A DNA stretch of 63,740 nt, filler included, from Anaerolineae bacterium (GCA_029262755.1; 8 parts of 8 records of this genome joined end to end with filler, not necessarily neighbours in it), one strand, 5' to 3'. Positions 24,886 to 34,707 are shown, counted from the whole stretch's first letter. Numbers and translations: made by a program. The notes: generated by a model not told the origin, from the sequence alone.

Positions 24886-25217
24886 CTCCCGAGCGAACGG
24901 GACAGCGGAACGCGAGACCCGTTCCACGGCTCGACGCCTACGCCTGAACCAATCGCTTGCCCTCTACCCCGGTGGGGCACGCGCTCGGCCCGCAAACGAG
25001 GGAGCCAATGGACTTCCACCCGGCACCGACCACATTCCCATCCCTCTTCCCGACATCCTGGCCACGTTCGTCGCAACCGGCGCGGGTTGGCCGGCGAGCG
25101 AGGCGGACCGGCTTGCCATTGGTACGCTCGATTCCGATGTCGTAGCCTCGTAGTAAACATTAAGGCGCCGTCGGTCGGCCAGGCGTAGCCGGCCGCCGTA
25201 GGATCGTCGTCCCCGCG

Positions 25218-26798
25218 CTAGCCGGCCGTGCCTGCCAACGCTCGTAGCGCGTCCGCGAGGGCGGCGACGGAGCGAGCGCGGTGGCTGAGCGTGCTCTTTT
25301 CGTCCGGGCTCAGCTCGGCCATCGTGCAGGTGCCGTCGTGGCCGCCGTCTTCCACGAGGAAGACTGGGTCGTAGCCGAAGCCGGCGTCGCCGCGGCGCAC
25401 GCGAGCGATACGGCCCTCGACCGCGCCCGCGGCCGATGCGACCTCCGTCGCGCCGGGCAGCGCGAGCGCCGCCACCGCCCGGTAGCGCGCGCCCCGCTCG
25501 GCGTCCGGTGTCGCGACGAGCCGGTCGAGCAGCGCTTGGACGCGGTCGTCATCGGTGCCCGCGACCCAACGTGCCGACGTTACGCCCGGCCCGCCGTCCA
25601 TCGCATCGACCACGATGCCGGAATCGTCCGCCAGCGCGGGCAACCCGGACGCGTCGGCGAAGGCCCGCGCCTTGATCGCCGCGTTCTCCGCGAAGGTCGA
25701 GCCGGTCTCCTCGACGTCCAGGTCCAGCCCCACCTCGGCCGGGGAAACGAGCGCGAGCCCCGGTGCCAGCCGCCCCACGAGCAGGCGCAGCTCGCGCAGC
25801 TTGCCGGCGTTCGTGGTGGCGAGCAGGAGACGGGGGGAAGTAGACGAAGCGGGAGGGATAGGTTCGACGGCGGTGCTTGCGACGCGCGTGACGCGATCGA
25901 CGTCCGGTTCACGGACGACGTCCGTCTCGCGGTCGACGTCCGTCTCGCGGTCGACGTCTGGTTTGCGATCGACGTCCGGTTCGCGGTCGACGTTCGCCTC
26001 GCGATCGACCTCCGGTTTGCGATCGACGTCCCTCTCGTGGTCGACGTCCGTCTCGCGGTCGACGTCCTGCCCGGCTTCACCGCCCGATCCACCGTCCTCA
26101 CCAGCGTACAGTCCGTGCGCTTCCACGTACTCCGCGACGGCGCGGGGCGTGTAGTAGCGGAGCGTGCGGCCTTCCTGCGCGCGTCGCCGGAGCGAAGTCG
26201 CGGAGATCTCGATGCGCGGGGCGTCGACGCGGTCGAGGCGGTCGGTCAGGGCGGGGAGCACGTCGAACAGCGGTGCCAGTGCTTCGTCCGTCAGCGGCGA
26301 TCCGGGGCGCTCGACGACGGCGATGCGTGCTTGCGCCACGATGCCGGCCGGGTCGCGCCAATGCGGCAGGCTCAGGAGGCTGTCCGCGCCAAGCAGCAGA
26401 TAAAGCGAGAGACCGACGTCGTCGGCCCGACGCACATCCGAGCCGGAGCGAATCCAATCCCCGCGCACGCTCGCTTCACCCTTCCGCTTTTCGCGCTCCC
26501 GCCTTTCATGCTCCCACTCCTCACGCAACAGCCGGAGCGTGTCCACCGTGTAGCTTGGGGCGGCGCGGTCTAGGTCGACGCTGTGAACCGCCATGCGGGG
26601 ATCGCCTTCGATCGCGCGGGCGAGCATGGCGGCGCGGTGAGCGCCCGACGCGCGTGTGGCGTCGGCCTTGAGGGGATTGCGGCGGGCGGGGACCAGCAAG
26701 AGCCGATCGAGACCGAGGGCCTCGATGGCGGCGTCGGCCATGATCAGGTGGCCGAGGTGCACGGGATCGAAGCTACCGCCGAAGACGCCGACGCGCAC
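25218..26798 (-). CDS. nadD-rdgB: Fusion of nicotinate-nucleotide adenylyltransferase (NadD), a repeat linker, and RdgB/HAM1 non-canonical purine NTP pyrophosphatase
   Basis: GTG 26798 lies 1 nt after the obg stop. NadD: GGSFDPVHLGH, SYTVDTL, GADS, ISATSLR. RdgB: LATTNAGKLRE, EETGSTFAENA, ADDSG, FGYDPVF, SHR. No stop codon between the two halves. Confidence 0.88.
   Translation of the reverse strand: MRVGVFGGSFDPVHLGHLIMADAAIEALGLDRLLLVPARRNPLKADATRASGAHRAAMLARAIEGDPRMAVHSVDLDRAAPSYTVDTLRLLREEWEHERREREKRKGEASVRGDWIRSGSDVRRADDVGLSLYLLLGADSLLSLPHWRDPAGIVAQARIAVVERPGSPLTDEALAPLFDVLPALTDRLDRVDAPRIEISATSLRRRAQEGRTLRYYTPRAVAEYVEAHGLYAGEDGGSGGEAGQDVDRETDVDHERDVDRKPEVDREANVDREPDVDRKPDVDRETDVDRETDVVREPDVDRVTRVASTAVEPIPPASSTSPRLLLATTNAGKLRELRLLVGRLAPGLALVSPAEVGLDLDVEETGSTFAENAAIKARAFADASGLPALADDSGIVVDAMDGGPGVTSARWVAGTDDDRVQALLDRLVATPDAERGARYRAVAALALPGATEVASAAGAVEGRIARVRRGDAGFGYDPVFLVEDGGHDGTCTMAELSPDEKSTLSHRARSVAALADALRALAGTAG
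25887..26066 (-). repeat. In-frame 18-bp tandem repeat x10 (DVDRE[T/P]-like hexapeptide)
   Basis: DVDRET DVDHER DVDRKP EVDREA NVDREP DVDRKP DVDRET DVDRET DVVREP DVDRVT. Confidence 0.92.
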
Positions 26799-26799
26799 C

Positions 26800-28065
26800 T
26801 TAGAGCACCCACTCCAGCTCGTGCTCGCCGACCCGGACCATGTCACCCTCCTCGAGATCGTGCTCGCGCAGGGCGGACATGATGCCCATCGCTTCGAGGA
26901 TGCGTTGGAAGCGCTCGATGGCGTGTTCGTTCGACCAATCGGTCATGGTGGCCGTGCGTTCGACGCGGATGCCCGTCACGCGCCACACGCCGTCCTTCTC
27001 CTGCTCGATCTCGAACGCGTCTTCGTCGCCCTCTACCAGGCGCAGGATGGGCAGCTCGGCTTCGGCCTCCTCGGGGGCGGGCAGCTCCTTCACGCGCTGC
27101 GCAACCAGCTCGAGCAGCGACTGCAGGCCGACACGGCTCACGGCGCTGAGCGAGATCACCTCGGCGGCGCCGGCCTCGAGCAAGGCCTCCTTCAGCGACG
27201 GCCATGCCTCGCGCGCCTCCGTGAGGTCGAGCTTGGTCACGGCGACGATCTGCGGGCGGGCGGCGAGGGCCGCGCTGAAGGCGGACAGCTCTTCGTTGAT
27301 CGTGTGATAGTCCGCGATCGGGTCCTCGGTTGCGCCGTCCACCAGGTGCAGCAGCAGGCGTGTGCGCTCGACGTGACGTAGGAATCGGTCACCCAAGCCT
27401 AAGCCCTCGCTGGCACCCTCGATGAGCCCGGGGATGTCGGCGAACACGATCTGGGTGTAGCCGACGTCCGCCACACCGAGGTTGGGTACGAGCGTGGTGA
27501 AGGGATAGTCCGCGATCTTCGGCCGCGCCCCGCTGATCACAGACAGTAAGGTGCTCTTGCCGGCGTTGGGCAAGCCGACGATGCCGATATCGGCGATCAG
27601 CTTCAGCTCCAGCTGCAGCCGAAAGGCCTGTCCCGGCTCGCCCAGCTCCGAAACGCGCGGAGCCTGGTTGGTCGAGCTCTTGAAGGCGGCGTTGCCGCGG
27701 CCACCGCGTCCGCCGCGGGCCACGACCACCTCTTGCCCGTCCTCAACTAGGTCTGCCAGCACGGTTCCGTCCTCGGTGCGCACGATGGTCCCAACGGGCA
27801 AGGTGACCACGAGGTCGTCACCACGTTTGCCGTGCTTGTCCGAGCCACCGCCGTGGCCGCCACGACCGGCCTCGTAGCGCTTTGTGAAGCGGAATTTGTG
27901 GAGTGTGTTGAGCCCCTCGTCCGCCACGAAGATCACGTTGCCGCCGTTGCCGCCGTGGCCGCCGTTGGGCCCCCCACGCGGTACGAACTTCTCACGGCGG
28001 AAGGACACGGCGCCCTTGCCGCCGTCGCCGCCCTTCACATCCACATTGGCTTCGTCGAGAAACAT
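26800..28065 (-). CDS. obgE: GTPase ObgE/CgtA with C-terminal OCT domain
   Basis: Gly-rich Obg fold FRREKFVPRGGP, GLPNAGKS, YPFTT, DIPG, TKLD, C-terminal GDMVRVG. Confidence 0.97.
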   Translation of the reverse strand: MFLDEANVDVKGGDGGKGAVSFRREKFVPRGGPNGGHGGNGGNVIFVADEGLNTLHKFRFTKRYEAGRGGHGGGSDKHGKRGDDLVVTLPVGTIVRTEDGTVLADLVEDGQEVVVARGGRGGRGNAAFKSSTNQAPRVSELGEPGQAFRLQLELKLIADIGIVGLPNAGKSTLLSVISGARPKIADYPFTTLVPNLGVADVGYTQIVFADIPGLIEGASEGLGLGDRFLRHVERTRLLLHLVDGATEDPIADYHTINEELSAFSAALAARPQIVAVTKLDLTEAREAWPSLKEALLEAGAAEVISLSAVSRVGLQSLLELVAQRVKELPAPEEAEAELPILRLVEGDEDAFEIEQEKDGVWRVTGIRVERTATMTDWSNEHAIERFQRILEAMGIMSALREHDLEEGDMVRVGEHELEWVL

Positions 28066-28814
28066 CAGTCACCGCCCCTGCTAGGTTCGTGGACGGCGCC
28101 GATGCGCGCGTCATGCTCTTGCGTGTCCGGCGCGGCGAAGCGCGCCTCCATGCGTTCCAGGGCGTCTTGCAACGCTTCCTGGCGCACGGCCGTGGTGAGG
28201 TCGCCGCGCGTGCGCTCCGTGACGCCGCGCACCATGTCGTTCGTGCGCTTCACGTTGCCCGTGATCGCATGCGGCAGATCGACCGACGATAGGAAGACGT
28301 GGATCTCCTGCATGCGCTCCAAGACCTGCTCGGCCAGCGCGATGTCGCCCACGCGGATCAGGTCGAGGGCCGCGCGGCGCAACTCGCCGCCCGCCTCGCC
28401 CAGCCCGTTGAGCCACGCGGCATCCGGCACGCCCAGCTGCTCCGGGCCGGAGAGGATCTCGTCGGCACGGCCGGTTCCTGCCGCACGGTCCGCGCCTTCC
28501 CCCTTGCCTTCGACGACCGCGCGTACGAGGTCGCGGGTGAGGTAGGCCTCGGCGTATTCCTTCTCCGCGTCCAGCCGGTAGCCGGCCGACGCGATGTCGG
28601 CGTGCCCCTCCGCCGCCGCGCGCATCTCGGCGACGATGCCGTCCGCCGCCTCGAGCAGCTCCGCTGCCTCGTCCCAGTCGCGCCGATGGACGGCGCGGAT
28701 CGCGCGCGCGGCGTGGCGCACGACGCGCCGGCTGAGGCCGAGCACGATCTCCCGCCGCTCGTGCTTGGCTTCCAAGCGGGCCATGAGGGCCGTGCCCACG
28801 CTGTCGAGGTTCAT
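28065..28814 (-). CDS. Translin/TRAX (C3PO-like) family protein
   Basis: All-helical; RREIVLGLSR...AIRAVHR, KEYAEA, WLNGLGEAGGELRR, KRTNDMVR match translin/TRAX conserved blocks; stop overlaps the obgE start (TGATG). Confidence 0.85.
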   Translation of the reverse strand: MNLDSVGTALMARLEAKHERREIVLGLSRRVVRHAARAIRAVHRRDWDEAAELLEAADGIVAEMRAAAEGHADIASAGYRLDAEKEYAEAYLTRDLVRAVVEGKGEGADRAAGTGRADEILSGPEQLGVPDAAWLNGLGEAGGELRRAALDLIRVGDIALAEQVLERMQEIHVFLSSVDLPHAITGNVKRTNDMVRGVTERTRGDLTTAVRQEALQDALERMEARFAAPDTQEHDARIGAVHEPSRGGD

Positions 28815-29264
28815 GCGGCGCCCCTGGAAGGCGCCAATTCCGCGAGGCGGATCGCCCTCGGCGCCCGTTCGGGTAGCGCATCGTGTCGGGTGGTCATGAC
28901 CGTCTCCTGAGGCGTCCGGAGGGCGCCAAACGCCGTGGCAGCATGGAATGGATGGGGCATCGATAGGGCAACTATGCGGCACCGGAGTGACAATCGCCGT
29001 GCCGCAAGGGGATTGCCTGGACGCAGCATCCGATCGCCGACAGCCGTAGTCGACACCGGAGCGACCGTGCCGTGAACCTGTTGCCCCCCGGCGCCGTGAC
29101 CCTGCTGCGACACCGGTTGCTCGCCATCATGATACCGGGCCGTTGGGTGGATCGACATCGCCCTCAAGCATACCAACCACCGCAGCGAGCCCGAAGATTC
29201 CGCGCTTTCCGGCGGTCTATCGGCGCCCAGCCGTCGGGAACCCGCGGGATGCTGCATGCTATAA

Positions 29265-29364
29265 NNNNNNNNNNNNNNNNNNNNNNNNNNNNNNNNNNNN
29301 NNNNNNNNTTAATTAATTAANNNNNNNNNNNNNNNNNNNNNNNNNNNNNNNNNNNNNNNNNNNN
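29265..29364. other. Artificial contig linker
   Basis: N44-TTAATTAATTAA-N44. Confidence 0.97.
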
Positions 29365-29365
29365 C

Positions 29366-29635
29366 TGCCATATTCGAGTACTGCTGCAGAGCGACGCGAA
29401 CTTTGCCAGGGCCTTCGAACTGCTGGACGCCAAAGGCGAGAAACTGCACCTCAGCTTCATGCGTGGCGGCGTCAATCTGGGCGCGCAGTCGGTGGGCATC
29501 GAGAAGGGCGAATCCCCCCTGACGCAAACCGACGAGTCCGCGGTGACTATCGTTCTCTTTGGCGATCAGGGGACTGAGGTGCACCGGGAATCGATCAGTC
29601 TGAAGGCGGGCCAGGTAAATGAGATCCGGTTCTGA
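29366..29635 (+). CDS. 3' end (89 aa) of a paralog of the adjacent ECF-sigma fusion protein; not in the ORF track
   Basis: CHIRVLL...ELLDAKGEKL...GESPL...VLFGDQGTEVHRESISLKAGQV aligns by eye with CRFRVEL...GLLDGQGERV...GRTPI...LLLDAAGKEIERLPIRVRPGEV. Confidence 0.75.
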   Translation, partial: CHIRVLLQSDANFARAFELLDAKGEKLHLSFMRGGVNLGAQSVGIEKGESPLTQTDESAVTIVLFGDQGTEVHRESISLKAGQVNEIRF

Positions 29636-29673
29636 GAGCATGAGCGTCGACGCGGAGGACCCGAAGGGATGAG

Positions 29674-32178
29674 CTAGTTCCCCACGTAGCTCACTTCCCC
29701 CGGGCGCACGCGAATCGGTAAGCGTTCGATCTCCTTCCCGGCCGCATCCAGCAGGAGAACCCAATGCACGATCTCGCTGCAGAGCAGAATCGGCGTGCGC
29801 CCATCGGTGAGGGGAAAGTTGCGATGCCCGGAATTGGTCTTGCCCTTGCGCTCCCAGATCTCCACCCGCTCGCCCTGCCCGTCTAGCAAGCCGATCTCCT
29901 GCACGTTCGCGTTGCTCAATTCCACGCGAAAGCGACAGAGCCGATCCACGGTCAGCAGCAGGTCACCGAGGAGCTCCGCCTTCTCGAACTGCTGCATGTG
30001 GACGATGATCTCCTTGCCGGACACAACCACCAAGATCTTGTCCGCCACCGGCACCTGCTCGAGCACAAAGCGACCATCCCTGTCGCTGCGCGGCTTTTCC
30101 TGGGGACCACTCCATGAATTGGTCCGCGGCGAATGATGCTTCTGCACGCTGTACTCCACCTGCACATCGGCGACGGGTTGCCCATCCCGGCCGACCACGC
30201 GCCCATTCACCCGCGGCAAGATCTCCTTCGTCGGCGCGAGGATCTCCAAGTCTCGCCGCCCCGCCTGCACCGGCCCAACGGTCCAGGACAGCCAGGTCTC
30301 CGGTTGACGCACTCGGATCTGGTACTCCTTGTCCTGCAAGCCTCGCAGTTCGAAGAAGCCCTGTGCATCGGTAATGGCATAGACCCGCGGATTCGCCACC
30401 TCCATCTTCTGCGGTTCGGCAATCCCATCGAGGGCGAGATCGGCTCCGGTCTCGTTGCCGTAGATCTCGTGCTCCATCCAGAGTCGAAGGTGCAAGCCAG
30501 GCATCGGCTCGCCCTCACCATCGATGACGCGACCGGCGATAGTCTTTGCCTCTCCAGCGAGTCGGATATCGAACTCCAGATCCACATTCTCCGAGAAGAG
30601 CGCTCTTGGCGACTCGTGCACCCAAGTCTGCATCGCTGGCATGCTCGCATAGAGCGAACGATCCGTATCAAGGATCGATTCGTCCAACTCGAGGCGATAG
30701 GCACCCCTTTCATCGGCCTGCACCTGAATCCGGCCAAGACCCACCCGTGCTCCCGGCAACAGACGACCGCGATGATCAGAGACCGTCCCGCGCAGGATGA
30801 ATCGCCCCTCCTCCAGGATCGCGAGCACCACGTTCTCGCCGCGGTGTAGACCTGGCTCTACGGACATGCTGACGCGTTCATAGCCGGGCCTGGTAAAGAC
30901 AAGGCGAGATTGCTCGGCCGGCAAGCCCTGCATATCAAAGAGCCCATCGGCAGCTGTGAGCATCGCTTCGAAGGTCACGGGCACGGTGGGGTCGAGGGGC
31001 ATGGGCAGTTCGGCAAGACGCTTCACGACCGCGCGCACTCGCACCCCTGCCAAGGGCAAACCCGCTTCGTCCGTCACCCGTCCGGCAATCCCCCCCGCCG
31101 CAGCCACGACCGCAAGCATCTCATCTTCCCGGTCGAGCAATGCCGACTTGGCAGGAGCCCGCAACATGACATAGGGCGGCAGGACGCGCAGTTCTTGCAC
31201 AGGCTCAGAGCTCTCGATGCTAAAAAGCCCGGCGCTGTCGGAACGGGCAAGCACGGGCTTCACCGGCTCCTCGACCGCTGCATCGATCCGGACCCGGCCT
31301 TCGAACTCCACTCCAGTCAGTGGCCGGCCACGAACATCGACCACCAAGCCTCTGAATGGCGCCAGCTCGGAAGCACTCAGCGGCAAGGTCTCGGCCAGGC
31401 GCTGTCGCACGCTAGAACTTGCATGCACCTCCTCCTCACCAGGGATCACGCTGCTCTCGATTTCGCTCGCCCCAGCCACTTCTCCAACCGGCACCGACTC
31501 GAGCTCGGCGGAAGCCACCCAGGAACGCACGGAAAAGAAGGCCACGCTGAGGATCACCACAGCTGCAAGACCGCGAAGTAATCGACTCATCGCCCACACT
31601 CCAAAACCGGTTTCTGTCAGGACCAAAGGAGGGGACACAGGTTCCGCGCGCAGCAAGGTCAAGACCGCAGCACCGCGCTGCCAATCCCGACCGCGCTCGC
31701 CTGCCATCGCATGACGCAAGCGATCCAGGCCGCGCTTCACCCGCTGGCGTGCGTTCTCCGCAGTGATGCCCTGCAGCCTGGCGACCTCCGCGCTGGAACA
31801 GCCATCGTGAAAGCGCAGAATGATCGCCTCCCGATACGGCTCATCGAGCTCGGCCACCGACTTGGCCAGGGCCGCCTGCAGGTGAAGTTTCTCCACGGTC
31901 TCTACCGTGGACGGCTGGGCCTCAGAGCGAGATGCGATGGCCTCGCGGTGCTGCCGCCGACGTTCTCGACGACGCCGCATGCGCGCAAGGTTGACCGCCA
32001 CACGAGCCAACCAAGCGCGGATGGATCCGGCCCTAGGTGGCTTGTGCATGGCGGCGAGCCATGTGTCCTGGAGCACGTCGTCAACCTGGTCCTCCGCAAC
32101 GAGCGAACGAACCATCGGCCGCAGCCACTCATCGTGGGCGATCAGGTCGACAGGGGGTGGATTCACGGGTTTACGCAC
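29674..32178 (-). CDS. ECF sigma-70 factor fused via a TM helix to repeated carboxypeptidase-regulatory-like beta-sandwich domains
   Basis: Sigma2 DDVLQDTW...AWLARVAVN; sigma4 LDEPYREAIILRFHDGCSSAEVA; TM GLAAVVILSVAFF; about 5 G.V.D..G.P repeats. Confidence 0.88.
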   Translation of the reverse strand: MRKPVNPPPVDLIAHDEWLRPMVRSLVAEDQVDDVLQDTWLAAMHKPPRAGSIRAWLARVAVNLARMRRRRERRRQHREAIASRSEAQPSTVETVEKLHLQAALAKSVAELDEPYREAIILRFHDGCSSAEVARLQGITAENARQRVKRGLDRLRHAMAGERGRDWQRGAAVLTLLRAEPVSPPLVLTETGFGVWAMSRLLRGLAAVVILSVAFFSVRSWVASAELESVPVGEVAGASEIESSVIPGEEEVHASSSVRQRLAETLPLSASELAPFRGLVVDVRGRPLTGVEFEGRVRIDAAVEEPVKPVLARSDSAGLFSIESSEPVQELRVLPPYVMLRAPAKSALLDREDEMLAVVAAAGGIAGRVTDEAGLPLAGVRVRAVVKRLAELPMPLDPTVPVTFEAMLTAADGLFDMQGLPAEQSRLVFTRPGYERVSMSVEPGLHRGENVVLAILEEGRFILRGTVSDHRGRLLPGARVGLGRIQVQADERGAYRLELDESILDTDRSLYASMPAMQTWVHESPRALFSENVDLEFDIRLAGEAKTIAGRVIDGEGEPMPGLHLRLWMEHEIYGNETGADLALDGIAEPQKMEVANPRVYAITDAQGFFELRGLQDKEYQIRVRQPETWLSWTVGPVQAGRRDLEILAPTKEILPRVNGRVVGRDGQPVADVQVEYSVQKHHSPRTNSWSGPQEKPRSDRDGRFVLEQVPVADKILVVVSGKEIIVHMQQFEKAELLGDLLLTVDRLCRFRVELSNANVQEIGLLDGQGERVEIWERKGKTNSGHRNFPLTDGRTPILLCSEIVHWVLLLDAAGKEIERLPIRVRPGEVSYVGN

Positions 32179-32186
32179 TCCTTGGG

Positions 32187-32286
32187 NNNNNNNNNNNNNN
32201 NNNNNNNNNNNNNNNNNNNNNNNNNNNNNNTTAATTAATTAANNNNNNNNNNNNNNNNNNNNNNNNNNNNNNNNNNNNNNNNNNNN
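32187..32286. other. Artificial contig linker
   Basis: N44-TTAATTAATTAA-N44. Confidence 0.97.
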
Positions 32287-32822
32287 GCGACCAGAACCAG
32301 CGATGACACGAGGTCGGCGAGCGACGCTGCGAAGCGCGGCCCTTCCGCTCGCGGCGCGTTGACCGCCAGCATCGCGAGCAGCTTCGCCGCGCCCACGCCA
32401 GCCAGGATCGTCGCGAACGGCCCAAACCGCTGCACGGCGACCACGACCGCGGCCCAGATCGCCGCGGAGCACAGGGCCAGCAGCACGGTGATAGCACGTG
32501 CCGCGCGCAACCGGCCCCGTCCCGCCACGAAGGGCAGCCCGTGCTGAACGGCCCCCACGAGCGCCGCCGCCCCGAGCATCACGAGGGCCGCTGTCCACAA
32601 CGAGAGCCAGCTCGAGGCGATGCCGATCTCTATCTCAAGCGGATGGTCCTCGAAGGCGACGGCGGCCACCCGGTAGCCATCGACGACGCGATAGGCCGCC
32701 CAGATCCACCACGCGCAGCCGAAGGCCACCACGGCCAAAAGCACATCGGTCAACGACGTGGCTGGCTCGGCTAGGCGCGAGAACAGACGGCGGCCCGTAG
32801 GTTTAGCGGTGTCGAGCGTCAT
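32287..32822 (-). CDS. Polytopic membrane protein, paralog 1 (DUF6962-like), 3' truncated
   Basis: LAEPATSLTDVLL, GAVQHG, KLLAMLAVN blocks shared with the two neighbours. Confidence 0.7.
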
Positions 32823-32878
32823 CCCCTCGGTCTCCTTTGCTTCACGCAAGCCGTGCTCTTCGGCATCGCAGCCATCGC

Positions 32879-33748
32879 CTACCCCAGCAGGCCGTGCCCC
32901 ACCGCCTGCAGCGCACCCTCCAGCAACATCCATAACGCCGGTAGCAGCAGCAGATGGAAGGCCGCATTGTGATCCACCTTCGGATGCGGCGCGATCCTCA
33001 GTCGTTGCACGGCACCGGCCGTCACCGCGACCGCCACGCCGCCGGCGAGCCACGCGAGGGCCGGCCCGGCCTCCGCGGTCAGGCCGCCGCCCGGGTTGAA
33101 GGAGAAGCTCGCAACGTACACCAGCGCCAGGAGGCTGACGAGCAGATCGAACACCGTGGCACCGAAGCTGGGGATGGGGCGGCGGAGGGCATTGGCCACC
33201 ATCAGCAGCAGCTTGACGGCAGCGACAAAGAACAAGAAGGGGAAGATGGGATGGCTGGGGATATCCAGCCCAGGTGAGTCGTTGACCCACAATCCGGCGT
33301 CGCGGACGAGTCCGGCCGAGAGCGCGATGAGCATGGCCGCCCACAGTCCGGCCGACGTGATCGCAAGCAGCAGCGTGATCACCCGTGCGGCCGCGATGCG
33401 CAGCCGGATCCGGGTCAGGGGCAGTGCATGTTCCAACGCGCCGAAGAACGCGGCCCCGAAGAACGCGACGAGCGCGACCCACCACGCGGGCAGCCAGAAA
33501 ACCGAGACGAAGATGTCATAGGCGCGAGATCCGCTTTGGAGGTTTCCGTACTCCTCCCGCTGCGCCAGCTCGACCATCACCCGACCGATCCGCCACGCCC
33601 CCGCCCATGCCGCGATGCCGACGAGCAGTTCCGTCCATGCGGCCGCAGGCTCTTCCACGCGGATCCGCGTCCGCGCTCCTACTTCGCTCCAAGCGGTCAG
33701 GTGTCCTCCTTCGCCGGCGACAGCGCTTCGTCGATACGCCATGCGCAC
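32879..33748 (-). CDS. Polytopic membrane protein, paralog 2 (DUF6962-like); start uncertain
   Basis: EEPAAAWTELLV, GALEHA, HPKVDHNAAFH; about 7 hydrophobic segments. Confidence 0.72.
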   Translation of the reverse strand: MRMAYRRSAVAGEGGHLTAWSEVGARTRIRVEEPAAAWTELLVGIAAWAGAWRIGRVMVELAQREEYGNLQSGSRAYDIFVSVFWLPAWWVALVAFFGAAFFGALEHALPLTRIRLRIAAARVITLLLAITSAGLWAAMLIALSAGLVRDAGLWVNDSPGLDIPSHPIFPFLFFVAAVKLLLMVANALRRPIPSFGATVFDLLVSLLALVYVASFSFNPGGGLTAEAGPALAWLAGGVAVAVTAGAVQRLRIAPHPKVDHNAAFHLLLLPALWMLLEGALQAVGHGLLG

Positions 33749-34085
33749 GCGAACGCGGTTCCCGCCAGAAGCAGGCCGCTTAGGACCGTAGCCGGCTCGG
33801 AGATTGCGCGGTCAGGGTACTTGTTGAGAAATGCGCGTTGGGATCGGGGCATAAGGCGTATGTTGCCAGCACGACGCGAGCCATCAACTCCGGCGCGGGG
33901 ACGTCCATCCTCCCCGATCTCCGCACATCCCACGAGCCCCGCCCCGCCACCCGTCCACCGCCGCCCGACCGATATCGCCGCCCGGACTATACTTGGTGCG
34001 CAGCGGTCGAACGCGTGCAGAACGCCGGCGGGGCGTGACCGAGGCTCTCGGCAACCAGTGCGCGCAACCAGAATGGGAGGGGTAG

Positions 34086-34595
34086 ATGAGCGAGCGTGCG
34101 TCCAAGCAAGGCTTCCCCGGCGTCGGCATTCGCGACTACGCGGACGGTGCGAAGGCCGGGATCGCCGGCGGTATCGCGATGGGCATCCTGGCCCTTGTGA
34201 TCGCCGCTTTTTCGCCCGAGATCGATCCCTGGGAGCCCGTCAAGCACGTTGCCGCGACCTTCTACGGCGAGGCTGCGATTGCGCCCGGCTTCCAGTTGGT
34301 CCCCATCTTGGTCGGGACGATCGTCCACCTGTTGGCTTCGGCCGTGTTGGGCATGATCTTCGTTGGCCTCTTCCGCTTCGTGATGCACCTGCCCTTCGAC
34401 TTCGGCCTGCCTGCGCTGGTCGGAGGTGTGTACGGCATGGTCGTGTACTTCGTAGCCAACGCCGGCATCGAGCGCTTCAACCCGCTCATGTCCGCGTCCG
34501 ACAAGCCGGCCTTCCTGATGGCCCACGGCCTCTTCGGCATCGTCACCGGCCTGGCCTACGCGCAGCTACGAAAGCGGACGGCGAAGAGCGCGTAG
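34086..34595 (+). CDS. Small 4-TM membrane protein of unknown function
   Basis: GGGAGG RBS; GIAGGIAM, GTIVHLLAS, GGVYG, AHGLFG; His residues in TM2 and TM4. Confidence 0.75.
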   Translation: MSERASKQGFPGVGIRDYADGAKAGIAGGIAMGILALVIAAFSPEIDPWEPVKHVAATFYGEAAIAPGFQLVPILVGTIVHLLASAVLGMIFVGLFRFVMHLPFDFGLPALVGGVYGMVVYFVANAGIERFNPLMSASDKPAFLMAHGLFGIVTGLAYAQLRKRTAKSA

Positions 34596-34631
34596 GTCGA
34601 GCAGGCTACGCTTGCACGCACACACCGCGCC

Positions 34632-34685
34632 TCAGTCGCACCCCAGCGAGAACGGGGCGCTGGCGATGCCCGGCACGGGCACGCC
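34632..34685 (-). repeat. Duplicated 3' end of panD (orphan copy)
   Basis: 52/54 nt identical to 35950-36003 (GVPVP[G/D][11 protein letters not shown]). Confidence 0.92.
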
Positions 34686-34707
34686 CCTACGCGGCTGAGT
34701 CACTGCC

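Noticed and set aside
24878..25153. 91-aa ORF after the GNAT gene
   Set aside because: No recognisable motif or RBS; may be spurious or a remnant
25887..26066. Possible CRISPR array
   Set aside because: Contiguous 18-bp in-frame units with no unique spacers, and no cas genes in the window
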